Assembly: GCA_016217965.1 (NCBI GenBank) | Contig: JACRFI010000015.1 | Location: 16,366 to 80,365 of the forward strand | Origin: Candidatus Kaiserbacteria bacterium | GTDB taxonomy: Bacteria; Patescibacteriota; Minisyncoccia; Phycocordibacterales; UBA2100 | Direction: 5' to 3' | Length of the DNA: 64,000 nucleotides | Part shown: one piece after another, positions 8,851-19,008 of the stretch | Layout of the letters: each line of letters opens with the position of its first letter | Numbering within the stretch: the first letter of the stretch is position 1 | Made by a program: the position numbers and the translations under genes | Notes under the pieces: model-generated | Seen by the model: only the letters and a program-made list of their open reading frames with translations | What the model was told of the DNA's origin: nothing | Databases searched by the model: none

Positions 8851-10209
8851 ATGGCAAAAGATTTTTTTGAAGATATTGATGTGCATCCTGAAGCAGGGGG
8901 GGCGCAGAGCAAGCAGCCTTTTTCAGCTGCACCACCCGCCTCTGCCGCGCCTGAGCGCTCGATTCGCAATATCAGTGTCCCTTCTCGTCGCATTCCGGTG
9001 CGTGAGAAACCAATAGATATGAGGCAGGACATGGACATGCCACAACCGCCCCGCCCACGGCGGACACGTTTCGCAATTTGGGTGCTCGCGGCTCTCGCGG
9101 TCCTCCTACTTGGAGGAGCAATCGCATATTTCACATTCTTCAGCAAGACATCAGTCGACGTTACTCCTAGAACTCACCAGGTTACGTTCGATGAGTCAAC
9201 GCAATTTACGGCATATCCTGCAGCGGATGCAGCGAGTGGGACCATAACGTACACCTTGCAGACGACGACCATCGAAGATTCCACAAGCGTAAAAGCCACG
9301 GGCGTGGAGAAAACAGAGGATAGGGCAAGCGGTACCATCACGGTATATAACGAGTACTCGACTTCCCCCGTGCGGCTCATAAAGAACACGCGGTTCCAAA
9401 CGCAAAATGGCCTTGTGTATAGAATCCCAGCGTCCGCCGAAGTGCCTGGAATGAAAGGGGCGCAGCCTGGGCAAGTGACTGTGACAGTGATTGCCGACCA
9501 GCCGGGCACTGAATACAATGTCGGCCCCCAGGATAAATTTACGCTGCCCGGATTAAAGAGCACTCCGCCGATGTATGCGGGAGTGTATGGCCGATCGAGT
9601 GCGGCGATGTCCGGAGGATTCGTTGGCGATAAACCATCTGTCTCAGAGGGCGACCTCGAGAATGCACGCTCTCAGTTGCGCGCACAGCTTCTAGAAAAGG
9701 CGCGTGCAGCAGCGCTTGCATATGCGAGCGGCGGTGCGCTCGTATTTCCTGAACTTGTAAAGATCACGTACGAATCACTTCCTACCGCAGCTGATGGCGC
9801 GGGTGCAGCGAAGGTCACAGAGAGGGCGATTGTCGAAATACCGGTATTTTCTGAGGACAATTTCTCGCAATCCGTAGCGCAGGCGGTAAGTGCTGACGCA
9901 TCAGAAAGCAAAGTACAATTCGTGCCGAATGAGGGATTTGCGGTTTCTCCTGCCGGAGAAGCACAAGTCATAGGAACCGACCCTATCGCGTTCAAAATGA
10001 TTGGAAGCGCGCTCTTGGTGTGGGAGGTCGACGCCAGTGCCTTAAAACAGGCGCTTGTGGGTAGAGACCAGGGAGCGTTTGAGACGGTAATCAGCGGATT
10101 TTCGGGCGTTGAAAAAGCGGAAGCGCATATCGCCCCATTCTGGAAAAAACAATTTCCGCAGGATCCGGATGACATCATGCTTACAATCCTCGAGCCAGTT
10201 GCGCTCTAA
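8851..10209 (+). CDS. Single-TM membrane protein with baseplate-J-like extracytoplasmic domain
   Basis: One TM ([21 protein letters not shown]), then [34 protein letters not shown] and MSGG. Confidence 0.65.
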   Translation: MAKDFFEDIDVHPEAGGAQSKQPFSAAPPASAAPERSIRNISVPSRRIPVREKPIDMRQDMDMPQPPRPRRTRFAIWVLAALAVLLLGGAIAYFTFFSKTSVDVTPRTHQVTFDESTQFTAYPAADAASGTITYTLQTTTIEDSTSVKATGVEKTEDRASGTITVYNEYSTSPVRLIKNTRFQTQNGLVYRIPASAEVPGMKGAQPGQVTVTVIADQPGTEYNVGPQDKFTLPGLKSTPPMYAGVYGRSSAAMSGGFVGDKPSVSEGDLENARSQLRAQLLEKARAAALAYASGGALVFPELVKITYESLPTAADGAGAAKVTERAIVEIPVFSEDNFSQSVAQAVSADASESKVQFVPNEGFAVSPAGEAQVIGTDPIAFKMIGSALLVWEVDASALKQALVGRDQGAFETVISGFSGVEKAEAHIAPFWKKQFPQDPDDIMLTILEPVAL

Positions 10210-10268
10210 GAAGGGCGCAAATATTGACTCTTTTGTTAACAACTGTTACTGTACGCGGCGCAGAACAT

Positions 10269-10475
10269 ATGGCGGAACCGGAGATCGCGGAAGGAGTAGT
10301 CGACGAGGCTCTCCCTAATGCTCTCTTTCGCGTGAAGCTTAAGGACGGAGAGGTCGTGCTCGCATACCTCGCCGGCAAAATGCGTCTGCATCGCATAAAA
10401 GTGCTTGTTGGCGACAGGGTCAGTTTGCAGCTGGATCCGTACGGCGGCAGGGCGCGCATAGTGCGAAGGAGTTAG
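10269..10475 (+). CDS. infA: Translation initiation factor IF-1
   Basis: [39 protein letters not shown]. Confidence 0.96.
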   Translation: MAEPEIAEGVVDEALPNALFRVKLKDGEVVLAYLAGKMRLHRIKVLVGDRVSLQLDPYGGRARIVRRS

Positions 10476-10482
10476 AGAAGCC

Positions 10483-10596
10483 ATGCGTGTCAAATCTTCC
10501 CTTAAGAAAATGTGCCTTCATTGCCGCCACGTGAGGCGGCGCGGTAAATTGTGGGTCATTTGCAAGAATCCACGGCATAAGCAGAGGCAGGGGTAG
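10483..10596 (+). CDS. rpmJ: 50S ribosomal protein L36 (below the ORF-track cutoff)
   Basis: Manual translation [37 protein letters not shown]; canonical position after infA. Confidence 0.96.
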   Translation: MRVKSSLKKMCLHCRHVRRRGKLWVICKNPRHKQRQG

Positions 10597-10695
10597 CTTC
10601 TAGTGCTGAGCTTCTAGCTTCTAGGAAACTGGAAACTGGACGCTCCGCAGCAGGAGCATTAATGAATCAAAGCTAGAAGCTAGTACCTAGAAGCT
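10594..10695. repeat. Heptamer inverted-repeat tract (TAGCTTC / GAAGCTA)
   Basis: TAGCTTC TAGTGCT GAGCTTC TAGCTTC ... AAGCTAG AAGCTAG TACCTAG AAGCTA fills the rpmJ-rpsM gap. Confidence 0.75.
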
Positions 10696-11076
10696 ATGAG
10701 AATTGCAGGAATCACAATCCCGGACACAAAGCGCCTTGAAATAGGCCTTACCGCCATTTATGGTGTTGGCCGCCCCCGCGCCCTCTCTACTTTAAAAGGC
10801 CTCGGCATTGATCCAGGTAAGACCGCAAAAGACCTTACACCGCAACTTGAGACTGCACTTCGCGAGCAAATTGAAAAATTTCGCGTCGAGGGAGAACTAC
10901 GGAGAAGCATCTCTGCAAATATTCGTCGCTTGAAGGACATAAAGTCCCATCGCGGCACCAGACACGCAAAGAAGTTGCCAGTGCGGGGCCAGTCAACAAA
11001 GACAAACTCCCGCACAGTGCGTGGCAACGTCCGAAAAACGATGACTTCTGGAAGACGCAAACTTGAAAAGACATAA
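10696..11076 (+). CDS. rpsM: 30S ribosomal protein S13
   Basis: MRIAGITIP..LTAIYGVG and RHAKKLPVRGQSTKTNSRT. Confidence 0.97.
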   Translation: MRIAGITIPDTKRLEIGLTAIYGVGRPRALSTLKGLGIDPGKTAKDLTPQLETALREQIEKFRVEGELRRSISANIRRLKDIKSHRGTRHAKKLPVRGQSTKTNSRTVRGNVRKTMTSGRRKLEKT

Positions 11077-11079
11077 ACC

Positions 11080-11514
11080 ATGGGAAAAAAACGAATCATC
11101 CGAAAATCCGGCGGTACGGTCGACCAAGGGCTTAAGTCCCGCTCACTTTCTCGTACAGCAAAGCGCACCATCGCTGCAGGCACGCTTCATATCCATGCAA
11201 CGTACAACAACACGAAGGTGCTTCTTTCCGATAAAGAAGGCAATACGGTGGCGTGGTCTTCATCCGGCGCGCTTGGATTCTCTGGCGCTAAGAAAGGTAC
11301 GCCTTTTGCTGCGGCAAAGGTAGGAGAACTGGTGGGAGAAAAAGCAGCAATGATGGGCGTAAAAGAAGTCGATGTAGTTATCCGGGGGGTCGGTGCGGGC
11401 AGAGAGTCTGCTCTGCGCGCGTTCGCGGGAAAGGGAATCGAAGTTTCAAAGATAGCGGATGATACGCCTGTGCCGCATAATGGCCCTCGGCCGCCGAAGC
11501 CGCGACGAATATAA
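11080..11514 (+). CDS. rpsK: 30S ribosomal protein S11
   Basis: HIHATYNNT, GFSGAKKGTPFAA and DDTPVPHNGPRPPKPRRI. Confidence 0.97.
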   Translation: MGKKRIIRKSGGTVDQGLKSRSLSRTAKRTIAAGTLHIHATYNNTKVLLSDKEGNTVAWSSSGALGFSGAKKGTPFAAAKVGELVGEKAAMMGVKEVDVVIRGVGAGRESALRAFAGKGIEVSKIADDTPVPHNGPRPPKPRRI

Positions 11515-11515
11515 T

Positions 11516-12118
11516 ATGCTTCCAATTAAATCCAAATATAAAATAGGGAAGAGGCTCGGCCCTGCAGTCTTTGAGCAATGCCAGACTCAAAAATTTGCTC
11601 TCTCGGAAGCACGCAGCGTGAAAAAGCAGAGACGTGCTCCGTCAGATTATGGCCGGCAACTTCTTGAGAAACAGCGCGTGCGCTATACATATGGGCTCAC
11701 TGAAAAAAGCCTCGCAACGTATGCAAAAAAAGCATATGAAGAAGAGAATCCGTCTTTGTCACTACACATGGCGCTCGAGAGCAGATTGGACAGCGTCGTG
11801 TATCGCGCAGGGTTTGCGCTTACGCGCCGTGCTGCGAGGCAGATGGTTTCCCATGGTCATATAAAAGTGAACGATGCGAGGACTACGGTGCCATCACGCT
11901 CTCTCAAAAAAGGCGATGTATTTTCAGTTCGTGATGGTAGCCGCACGAGCCCCCTTTTCGGGCACTTAGGGAATCCTGAAGCGCCTGCGCGCGCTGTTCC
12001 AAACTGGCTTACTGTGGATGCTTCACTTATGCGAGGGGAAGTGAGTGGCGTGCCGCCATATTCTGCGACGGAAACATCACTCGACTACCCAGCTGTATTC
12101 GAATTTTATAGCAGGTAG
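11516..12118 (+). CDS. rpsD: 30S ribosomal protein S4
   Basis: SDYGRQLLEKQR, LESRLDSVVYRAGF..RRAARQMVSHGHI and C-terminal EFYSR. Confidence 0.96.
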   Translation: MLPIKSKYKIGKRLGPAVFEQCQTQKFALSEARSVKKQRRAPSDYGRQLLEKQRVRYTYGLTEKSLATYAKKAYEEENPSLSLHMALESRLDSVVYRAGFALTRRAARQMVSHGHIKVNDARTTVPSRSLKKGDVFSVRDGSRTSPLFGHLGNPEAPARAVPNWLTVDASLMRGEVSGVPPYSATETSLDYPAVFEFYSR

Positions 12119-12187
12119 GGCATTTGGCTGTTTACGCGAGTAAGATGTAATAAAAATTCATGTAATTTCCTGTCCACAGATGATCCC

Positions 12188-12216
12188 TTGCCAAATTACT
12201 GGTAACGGGGTATATT
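12188..12216 (+). promoter_or_regulatory. Sigma70-type promoter upstream of rpoA
   Basis: TTGCCA-N17-TATATT in a 168-bp AT-rich gap. Confidence 0.5.
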
Positions 12217-12286
12217 GTTTCGCGTTTTTGACTATTCTTAATTATTCGCATTTTATTCAGTTTTTTAGCGCCTGTTCCCCCTATTT

Positions 12287-13255
12287 ATGCTTGATTACCA
12301 TATTGCCCTCCCATCCAAGCCTCGCATCGTCTCTGAAGATGAGCGAAGCGGAGTGTACGAGATAGACGGCTTGTATCCGGGCTATGGCTATACTCTCGGT
12401 AACTCGCTGAGACGGATCATCCTTTCTTCCCTTCCTGGGGCTGCTGTTACGCACGTGAAAGTTCCCGGTGTTGCCCATGAATTTTCCACTATTGAAGGTG
12501 TGCAAGAAGACATGGTAACCGTTCTTCTCAACATTCGTCGCGTTCGTTTGAAATTTTTGACCGACGAGGCGCAGACTCTTACTCTTTCAGTGAAAGGCCC
12601 AGCATCGGTGACCGCAGCGGATCTCAAACTGCCAGGGCAGGTGGAAGTATTAAATCCCGAACAGCACATAGCGGAAATAGTAGGAAAAACAAATTTGGAA
12701 ATGGAGGTTCACGCAGAGCGGGGGCTCGGATATGTGCCGAAAGAAGTGCACCAAAAGGAGCGCGTCGAAGTTGGCACCATTGCTCTCGATGCGATCTTTT
12801 CTCCTATTCGCCGCGTGAACTACGAAGTCGAGAACATGCGCGTGGGGGACAGGACTGATTTCAATAGGCTTCGCATAATCATCGAGACAGATGGCACTAT
12901 CTCGCCTCACGAAGCGCTCGAGTCTGCTATCGAAACGATGATCCATCAGTTGCGAGCGATCGTTGGATTTAAGGAAGAAAAAAACGCCGATCACGAGACG
13001 GTATCTCCCGAAGCGAGCGCACACCAAGGTGAGAGAGGAGGTGCTGACGCAGAAATGTTAAAAACCCGCATCACAGAACTCAAGCTGCCGTTGCGAGTGG
13101 AGGCCGCTCTTGATAATGCCTCCATTCGAACAGTCGGCGGGCTTGTAAGGAAGCGCGAAGACGACCTCTTGTCTATCGAGGGTCTTGGACAGAAGGGCCT
13201 TCAAGATATCAAGCGCTCACTCTCGAACCTTGGACTTACGCTCAGGACTCAGTAA
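12287..13255 (+). CDS. rpoA: RNA polymerase alpha subunit
   Basis: GYGYTLGNSLRRIILSSLPG, HEFSTIEGVQED, DAIFSPIRRVNY and an alpha-CTD. Confidence 0.97.
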   Translation: MLDYHIALPSKPRIVSEDERSGVYEIDGLYPGYGYTLGNSLRRIILSSLPGAAVTHVKVPGVAHEFSTIEGVQEDMVTVLLNIRRVRLKFLTDEAQTLTLSVKGPASVTAADLKLPGQVEVLNPEQHIAEIVGKTNLEMEVHAERGLGYVPKEVHQKERVEVGTIALDAIFSPIRRVNYEVENMRVGDRTDFNRLRIIIETDGTISPHEALESAIETMIHQLRAIVGFKEEKNADHETVSPEASAHQGERGGADAEMLKTRITELKLPLRVEAALDNASIRTVGGLVRKREDDLLSIEGLGQKGLQDIKRSLSNLGLTLRTQ

Positions 13256-13282
13256 TATAGCGAGCGCACGATTTACATTTAC

Positions 13283-13639
13283 ATGAGGCACCATAAATCG
13301 ACACGGACACTCGGAAGAACAAAGCGGCAACGCGTCGCGCTTCTTCGTGATCTTGCTCGTTCGCTCGTATTAGAGGAGGGAATAACGACGACTATCGCAA
13401 AGGCGAAAGAGCTTCGCCCGTTTGTTGAGAGGCTTGTGACCGCAAGCAAAGCAAATACGTTGCAGTCGAAACGCTTTGTCACTATGAAATTAGGGAATCG
13501 CAAAGATGCGGCACGCAAATTGCACGAAACACTGGCGCCGCGGTATATTTCGCGCGCTGGCGGATACACACGGATTGTTCGGCTGGGCAGAGTCGGAAAG
13601 CGTGTTGGAGAGGCGGCGCGTATCGAATTCGTGAAATAA
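13283..13639 (+). CDS. rplQ: 50S ribosomal protein L17
   Basis: MRHHK..LGR, ITTTIAKAKELRPFVERLVT and RAGGYTRI. Confidence 0.97.
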   Translation: MRHHKSTRTLGRTKRQRVALLRDLARSLVLEEGITTTIAKAKELRPFVERLVTASKANTLQSKRFVTMKLGNRKDAARKLHETLAPRYISRAGGYTRIVRLGRVGKRVGEAARIEFVK

Positions 13640-13640
13640 T

Positions 13641-13994
13641 ATGTCGCAAATTGAACACACAATTGATGCGAGCGGAGAGAGGCTTGGGCGCGTTGCATCG
13701 CGTGCGGCAAAAATTCTAATGGGAAAGTCTTCTGCAGGATACACGCCGCATATTCCCGCGGACCTTACGCTTACGATTTCGAATGCATCGAAAATGCACA
13801 TCGCGCAAAAGAAGCGGTTGCAGAAGACGTACACAGAATATTCTGGGCATCCCGGAGGGTTAAAGCGCGAGTCACTGTCTCATCTCGCAGCGCGAAAGGG
13901 CCACAAAGAGGTGCTACGCCAAGCGATTGAAAGGATGCTTCCGAGAAATGCGATGCGCGCGAAACGATTGAAAAGTTTGAAGATAAGCGATTAG
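13641..13994 (+). CDS. rplM: 50S ribosomal protein L13 (short form)
   Basis: IDASGERLGRVAS..LMGK, YSGHPGGLK and MLPRN. Confidence 0.95.
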   Translation: MSQIEHTIDASGERLGRVASRAAKILMGKSSAGYTPHIPADLTLTISNASKMHIAQKKRLQKTYTEYSGHPGGLKRESLSHLAARKGHKEVLRQAIERMLPRNAMRAKRLKSLKISD

Positions 13995-14011
13995 AAGCTA
14001 TAGTCTAGAAT

Positions 14012-14404
14012 ATGGCGGAAAAAAAATATACTGAAGCAGTGGGACGAAGGAAGACCGCATCAGCGCGAGTGAGGCTTGTCGGCGCAAAATCAACCACGCT
14101 CATGGTGAATGATAAAGATGCACACGCCTATTTTCCCATTCCTCTCATGGTTGATACGGCACAGTCGCCGCTGAAGGCTGTGGGTGTTGCGTACGCTGTT
14201 ACCGCGAAAGTGAAGGGCGGTGGCCACAAAGCTCAGGCGGAGGCTGTACGACACGGAATCGCACGAGCCCTCGTTGAGATTGAGCACTCGTATCGAAAGG
14301 ATCTGAAGCAGCGAGGATTTCTAAAGCGCGATCCGCGAGCAAAAGAACGCAAGAAATTCGGGCTCAAAGCTGCACGACGCGCACCGCAATGGAGCAAACG
14401 CTAG
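14012..14404 (+). CDS. rpsI: 30S ribosomal protein S9
   Basis: GRRKTASARV, GGGHKAQAEAVRHGIARAL and RDPRAKERKKFGLKAARRAPQWSKR. Confidence 0.97.
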   Translation: MAEKKYTEAVGRRKTASARVRLVGAKSTTLMVNDKDAHAYFPIPLMVDTAQSPLKAVGVAYAVTAKVKGGGHKAQAEAVRHGIARALVEIEHSYRKDLKQRGFLKRDPRAKERKKFGLKAARRAPQWSKR

Positions 14405-14429
14405 TTTGGCGAACATTGAGGTTGTGAGG

Positions 14430-14529
14430 GGGTCGGGGAACGGGAGTTCCCCGTGGAGGAATGCAGCGAGTACGCCAATTTGGCGGACGAGCGTTGAGAA
14501 CCGAGGGTTCTTAAGGAGCGTAGCGACCC
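14430..14529. other. Multi-hairpin structured intergenic element
   Basis: GGGTCG/CGACCC closes three hairpins: GGGGAAC-GGGA-GTTCCCC, CGCCAA-T-TTGGCG and GAGAACC-GAG-GGTTCTT. Confidence 0.5.
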
Positions 14530-14620
14530 GTAGTGGTGCAAGTGCTAATTTTTGCTATTAAAAAAATCGGGGCGCGTGGTCTCTTTTTTTTGTTCGTGAA
14601 ATTTGCTATACTCTCGCTGT

Positions 14621-15187
14621 ATGCATGGAACACGCGATGATGAAAAGCGAGTTCCTGAAGAAGGACTCGTGGATGTGGACTACTCCTCCGAAGAAGAATT
14701 CGGAGATGTTGCATCTGCAAAGTCGAAGTTAAAAAACCTCCGCGATGAGCTCGAAGCCGTAAAAAAGGAGAAGCAAGAGTACTTAGACGGCTGGCAGCGA
14801 TGCAAAGCGGACGCGGTGAACCAAAAAAGAGACCTAGAGGCATCGTACGGGCGCGCCGCGAGTGCAGCATCTGCAGATTTGATAGAATCACTTCTTCCTG
14901 CGCTTGATAGTTTCGAGATGGCAATGGGAGGAGTGGGATGGCAAACAGTTGATGCGGCATGGCGAAGGGGGGTAGAGAGCATTTGGAGCCAGCTCCTTGC
15001 TGCGCTTTCCGCGGTTGGTGCCGTTCGCTTTGGAACAACGGGAGAGGCGTATGACCCAATCTTGCATGAGATCCTTCAGGAAGAGGATAGTGATGGAGAG
15101 TCAGGTAGTATTTTGCGCGTTGTGAGGAGTGGGTGGAAGATACAAGGTAAAATTTTACGTCCAGCGCAAGTAATTGTTGCGAAATGA
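14621..15187 (+). CDS. grpE: Nucleotide exchange factor GrpE
   Basis: WQRCKAD, LLPALDSFE, YDPILHE and GWKIQGKILRPAQVIV; directly upstream of dnaK. Confidence 0.93.
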   Translation: MHGTRDDEKRVPEEGLVDVDYSSEEEFGDVASAKSKLKNLRDELEAVKKEKQEYLDGWQRCKADAVNQKRDLEASYGRAASAASADLIESLLPALDSFEMAMGGVGWQTVDAAWRRGVESIWSQLLAALSAVGAVRFGTTGEAYDPILHEILQEEDSDGESGSILRVVRSGWKIQGKILRPAQVIVAK

Positions 15188-15199
15188 TCAGCGAAAGGC

Positions 15200-15227
15200 T
15201 TGACACACTGAATTATAATTGTATATA
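15200..15227 (+). promoter_or_regulatory. Sigma70-type promoter of dnaK
   Basis: Perfect TTGACA at 15200, followed 16 nt later by TATATA(GT). Confidence 0.5.
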
Positions 15228-15268
15228 GTTTCGGCACTTTCATTACCAAAAATAGCTCTTTCATCACT

Positions 15269-17119
15269 ATGGGAAAAATTCTTGGAATAGACCTGGGTAC
15301 AACGAACTCGGCGATCGCGATAGTCAAAGGCGGTGAGCCAGAGATCATCGAGAACGCGGAGGGTGCTCGTACAACTCCATCGGTCGCCGCGGTTTCGAAA
15401 ACCGGGGAGCGGCTCGTCGGGCTTCTTGCAAAACGCCAAGCAGTCACCAATCCGAAAAATACGATCTACCAAATAAAGAGGTTCATTGGACACGCGTTTG
15501 ATGAGCCAGCGGTGGAAAAAGACCGAAAAGCGGTACCATTCGAGATGCGAAAAGCCGCAAACGGCGGCATTGAAGTGCAGATCGGCGACAAATGGCATCG
15601 CCCGGAGGAAATTTCCGCCATGATACTGCAGAAGTTGAAGCAGGATGCGGAAGCAAAACTTGGCGAGCCCATCACAGAAGCGGTCATAACCGTTCCTGCG
15701 TATTTCAACGACTCGCAGAGGCAGGCAACAAGGGACGCCGGGAAGATCGCTGGGCTTGATGTGAAGCGAATCATCAATGAGCCAACTGCTGCGGCTTTGG
15801 CCTATGGATTCAATAAGAAAAAAAACGAGAAGATTGTCGTGTTCGATTTTGGCGGAGGCACGTTCGACATATCAGTCTTGGAAGTTGGAGATGATGTGAT
15901 AGAAGTTCGCTCTACAGATGGCGATGCGCACCTCGGCGGAAAGGATCTGGACCAGAACATAATGAATTGGATCGCCGATGAGTTCAAAAAAGAGTCCGGT
16001 ATCGACGTGAGGAACGATCCGCTTTCGAGGCAACGCTTGGATGAGGCGGCCGAGAAAGCGAAGATAGAATTGTCGAGCGCAGTTGAGACTGAAATAAATA
16101 TTCCGTTCATCACATCGGATTCTTCCGGGCCTCGCCACCTTCTGATTAAGATGTCTCGCGCCAAACTTGAGGACCTCTCAAGCGAATTCGTAAAGCGGGC
16201 GATGGACATCACAAAGCGGGCGATGGACGCATCGCCGTTTAAAATTCCTGACATAAACGAAGTCATCCTCGTCGGCGGTCAAACGCGAATGCCGGCGATA
16301 CAAAAAGCGGTGCAGGATTTTTTCAACAAAAAGCCTCACATGGGCGTCAACCCGGACGAAGTAGTGGCGATGGGGGCCGCAATACAGGGAGGCATATTGC
16401 AGGGAGACGTAAAAGACGTGCTGCTCCTCGATGTGATACCGCTTTCATTCGGCATAGAGACGCTTGGCGGAGTTGCCACTAAATTGATAGAGCGAAATAC
16501 CACCATACCGACATCGAAGTCGCAGGTGTTCTCTACTGCGTCGGATAATCAGCCATCGGTTGAGATACATGTGGTGCAGGGAGAGAGGCCAATGGCAGCG
16601 GATAATAAATCGCTTGGCCGCTTTAATCTTGATGGTATTCCGCCATCTCAGAGGGGCATCCCGCAGGTGGAAGTGACATTCGATATAGATGCGAATGGGA
16701 TTCTTTCAGTGAAGGCAAAAGAGAAAACAACAGGCAAGGAGCAATCTATTCGCATCGAGGCGCGCAGTGGGCTTACTGATGCGGAAGTGGAGAAGATGCG
16801 AGCTGATGCTGACGCGAATGCCGAGGCTGATAAAAAGAAGAAGGAGCTTGTGGAAGCGCAGAACGGTGCGGACCAATTGACGTATGCTGCAGAAAAAGCG
16901 TTACAAGAACATGGGTCTAAAGTGAGTGAAGAAGTGAGAAAAAATGTCCAAGAAAAAATAGATGCACTTAAAGCTGCGCGGGGTGGCAATGACGTATCAG
17001 CCATACAAAGCGCTTCGACTGCGCTCTCGAGCGCCATGAGTGCAATAGGGGAGGCCATGTCTAAAGGCCAGGGACAGCAGCCGCCTCAAGATGCTCAACC
17101 AAATCCAGAGCAAAAGTGA
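15269..17119 (+). CDS. dnaK: Chaperone DnaK
   Basis: [35 protein letters not shown] and DFGGGTFD. Confidence 0.98.
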   Translation: MGKILGIDLGTTNSAIAIVKGGEPEIIENAEGARTTPSVAAVSKTGERLVGLLAKRQAVTNPKNTIYQIKRFIGHAFDEPAVEKDRKAVPFEMRKAANGGIEVQIGDKWHRPEEISAMILQKLKQDAEAKLGEPITEAVITVPAYFNDSQRQATRDAGKIAGLDVKRIINEPTAAALAYGFNKKKNEKIVVFDFGGGTFDISVLEVGDDVIEVRSTDGDAHLGGKDLDQNIMNWIADEFKKESGIDVRNDPLSRQRLDEAAEKAKIELSSAVETEINIPFITSDSSGPRHLLIKMSRAKLEDLSSEFVKRAMDITKRAMDASPFKIPDINEVILVGGQTRMPAIQKAVQDFFNKKPHMGVNPDEVVAMGAAIQGGILQGDVKDVLLLDVIPLSFGIETLGGVATKLIERNTTIPTSKSQVFSTASDNQPSVEIHVVQGERPMAADNKSLGRFNLDGIPPSQRGIPQVEVTFDIDANGILSVKAKEKTTGKEQSIRIEARSGLTDAEVEKMRADADANAEADKKKKELVEAQNGADQLTYAAEKALQEHGSKVSEEVRKNVQEKIDALKAARGGNDVSAIQSASTALSSAMSAIGEAMSKGQGQQPPQDAQPNPEQK

Positions 17120-17125
17120 AGAAAA

Positions 17126-17246
17126 GGAAACCCGAGCTTCTAGAGAACATCGCGCCGCGAAGAAAGAAACGTAAAGAAAGTTCGCAGTACCTCAGAGGAT
17201 AGAAGCGTGCAGAGGGTTCGCGTTCGGTGCGAAGCTCGGGATTTCC
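17126..17246. repeat. Long-range inverted repeat between dnaK and dnaJ
   Basis: GGAAA-CCCGAGCTTC ... GAAGCTCGGG-A-TTTCC. Confidence 0.55.
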
Positions 17247-17367
17247 TGCTGAAATTTCATGAAGAAAACTATCCACAATCCGGCGGCGCTTGTTAAGAGT
17301 TTATCTCACGGGGTATACTGAAGACCAGATGAATTCAGTTTTAACAATGTAAAACCTAGGCATCTCT

Positions 17368-18423
17368 ATGAAAGACTACTATCAAATATTAGGCATCCAA
17401 AAATCCGCCAGCGAGGATGAAATTAAGAAGGCGTTCCGATCATTAGCACACAAGTACCATCCCGATAAAAAAGGAGGTGATGAGGCGAAATTTAAAGAGG
17501 CAAGCGAAGCGTATGCCGTGCTTTCTGACAAAAAGAAGCGGGCAGAATATGATGCGTATGGCAAAACATTCTCAGGGGCGGGCGGGCAAGGATTCGGTGG
17601 CTTTGATTTCTCAAATTTTGCCGGATTTGAGAATGGCGTCGAGTTTGACATAGGCGATATTTTTGGGGAATTTTTCGGCGGGGGAGGCGCAAGGAAACAG
17701 AGAAGGGGCCGGGATATTTCGATTGACATTGAACTGCCGTTCAGGGATGCAATATTTGGTACCGAACGTCGCGTGATGATTTCTAAAGTAACGACATGCG
17801 ATGTGTGTTCCGGCACTGGTGCGAAGAAAGGCACCGCTATGCGTTCTTGCAAGACATGCAACGGGAAAGGCCAGATACACGAGGCGCGAAATTCGTTTTT
17901 TGGGTCCTTCACATCGGTGCGCGCATGTCCGGAATGCCATGGACGGCGTGAGGTGCCGGAGTCTCCTTGTGCGGAGTGCCAAGGGGAAGGGGTTGCGAAA
18001 AAACAAGAAGAGATACGAGTTAATGTGCCAGCGGGTGTCGAAAATGGCGAGATGATACGAATGCCCGGGAGAGGTGAAGCGGCTCCGGGGATCCCCGCGG
18101 GTGACTTGTACGTTAAATTGCATGTCAAAACGGACAAGGTATTCACACGTGACGGTACGAACCTTGTCATGTCGCTTCCTGTGAAGCTCACAGACGCACT
18201 TCTTGGCGCAGAATATCGCATCCATACCTTGGACGGAGAAACAACGGTCAGCGTCCCTCAAGGTGTCGCACACGGCGAATTTATACGAGTGCGTGGCAGG
18301 GGTGTGCCGTCAGGGCGTGGTCAGAGAGGAGACCTTCTCGTGCGCGTATCGATAGAGTTCCCCAAGAAACTTTCAAGAGGAGCAAAAAGTGCCATCGAGG
18401 AACTTCGAAAAGAAGGCCTCTAG
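17368..18423 (+). CDS. dnaJ: Chaperone DnaJ
   Basis: J-domain with HPD, G/F-rich region and four CxxCxGxG-type repeats. Confidence 0.97.
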   Translation: MKDYYQILGIQKSASEDEIKKAFRSLAHKYHPDKKGGDEAKFKEASEAYAVLSDKKKRAEYDAYGKTFSGAGGQGFGGFDFSNFAGFENGVEFDIGDIFGEFFGGGGARKQRRGRDISIDIELPFRDAIFGTERRVMISKVTTCDVCSGTGAKKGTAMRSCKTCNGKGQIHEARNSFFGSFTSVRACPECHGRREVPESPCAECQGEGVAKKQEEIRVNVPAGVENGEMIRMPGRGEAAPGIPAGDLYVKLHVKTDKVFTRDGTNLVMSLPVKLTDALLGAEYRIHTLDGETTVSVPQGVAHGEFIRVRGRGVPSGRGQRGDLLVRVSIEFPKKLSRGAKSAIEELRKEGL

Positions 18424-18512
18424 TGCATGCCAGGAGTCCTGCCACTTTTGCAATTCCACAGGTGGGGCATTCTTGCGCTTTTATCTAGCTCTACAATGCT
18501 AGACTGAACGTA

Positions 18513-19004
18513 ATGGAACTGGGCACAGTCACAAATTTTTTCTCCGGGGTTCCGGCGGACTGGATCATTATTGCGTGTATTGCTGCAGTGTTTCTCATTG
18601 ACGCGTTGCGAGTGGGGAGCGGCAGGATAGCAGCGTTCGGCATTTCAGCCACGCTGGCGGTGCAAGTCTCTGCAGCGCTCGGCGGCGCAGCATTTCTTGG
18701 CGCGCTTTCAACACAATTTTCAACGCCCGTCCTACAGGCTGCACTTTTTGTCGTTATCCTCATAGCAGTATTTCTTCTCATAAGGCGTATCGCTATGGAT
18801 TACGGGGAAACAGGAGGCCAGCCGATACAAGCGCTCTTTGCGGCAGTGGCAGCGTCCGCGCTTGTACTTCTCGCATGGGTGCAGGTGCCAGCGCTACACT
18901 CTGTGTGGGATTTCGGAGGGGGTGTTAAATCTATGTTCGGCGAGGCGTATCGATTCTGGTGGCTTATCGGCTCTCTTGCAGCGCTCGCGTTCTCTAAAGC
19001 ATGA
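18513..19004 (+). CDS. Multi-pass membrane protein, unknown function
   Basis: About 5 hydrophobic segments; TAGACT -10 box 7 nt before the ATG. Confidence 0.7.
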   Translation: MELGTVTNFFSGVPADWIIIACIAAVFLIDALRVGSGRIAAFGISATLAVQVSAALGGAAFLGALSTQFSTPVLQAALFVVILIAVFLLIRRIAMDYGETGGQPIQALFAAVAASALVLLAWVQVPALHSVWDFGGGVKSMFGEAYRFWWLIGSLAALAFSKA

Positions 19005-19008
19005 GCGC

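Noticed and set aside
8851-10209. Prophage or contractile injection system
   Set aside because: The baseplate-like domain is isolated and TM-anchored, with no sheath, tube, spike or capsid genes.
14430-14529. tRNA gene
   Set aside because: Lacks the GTTCRA T-loop, D-loop and acceptor-stem geometry; kept only as an unknown structure.
14525-14550. CIRCE operator upstream of grpE (AGTGCTAA)
   Set aside because: Only a right half-site is present; the TTAGCACTC left arm is missing and there is no hrcA in the window.
1136-17119. TGA recoding (genetic code 25)
   Set aside because: Conserved genes such as MGMT, grpE and dnaK end at TGA at their expected lengths, and no conserved gene is interrupted by TGA.
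17382-18221. Long antisense ORFs (e.g. 17382-18221, 39984-40682, 43567-44391, 49865-50608)
   Set aside because: They are shadows of well-supported genes on the opposite strand and carry no motifs.
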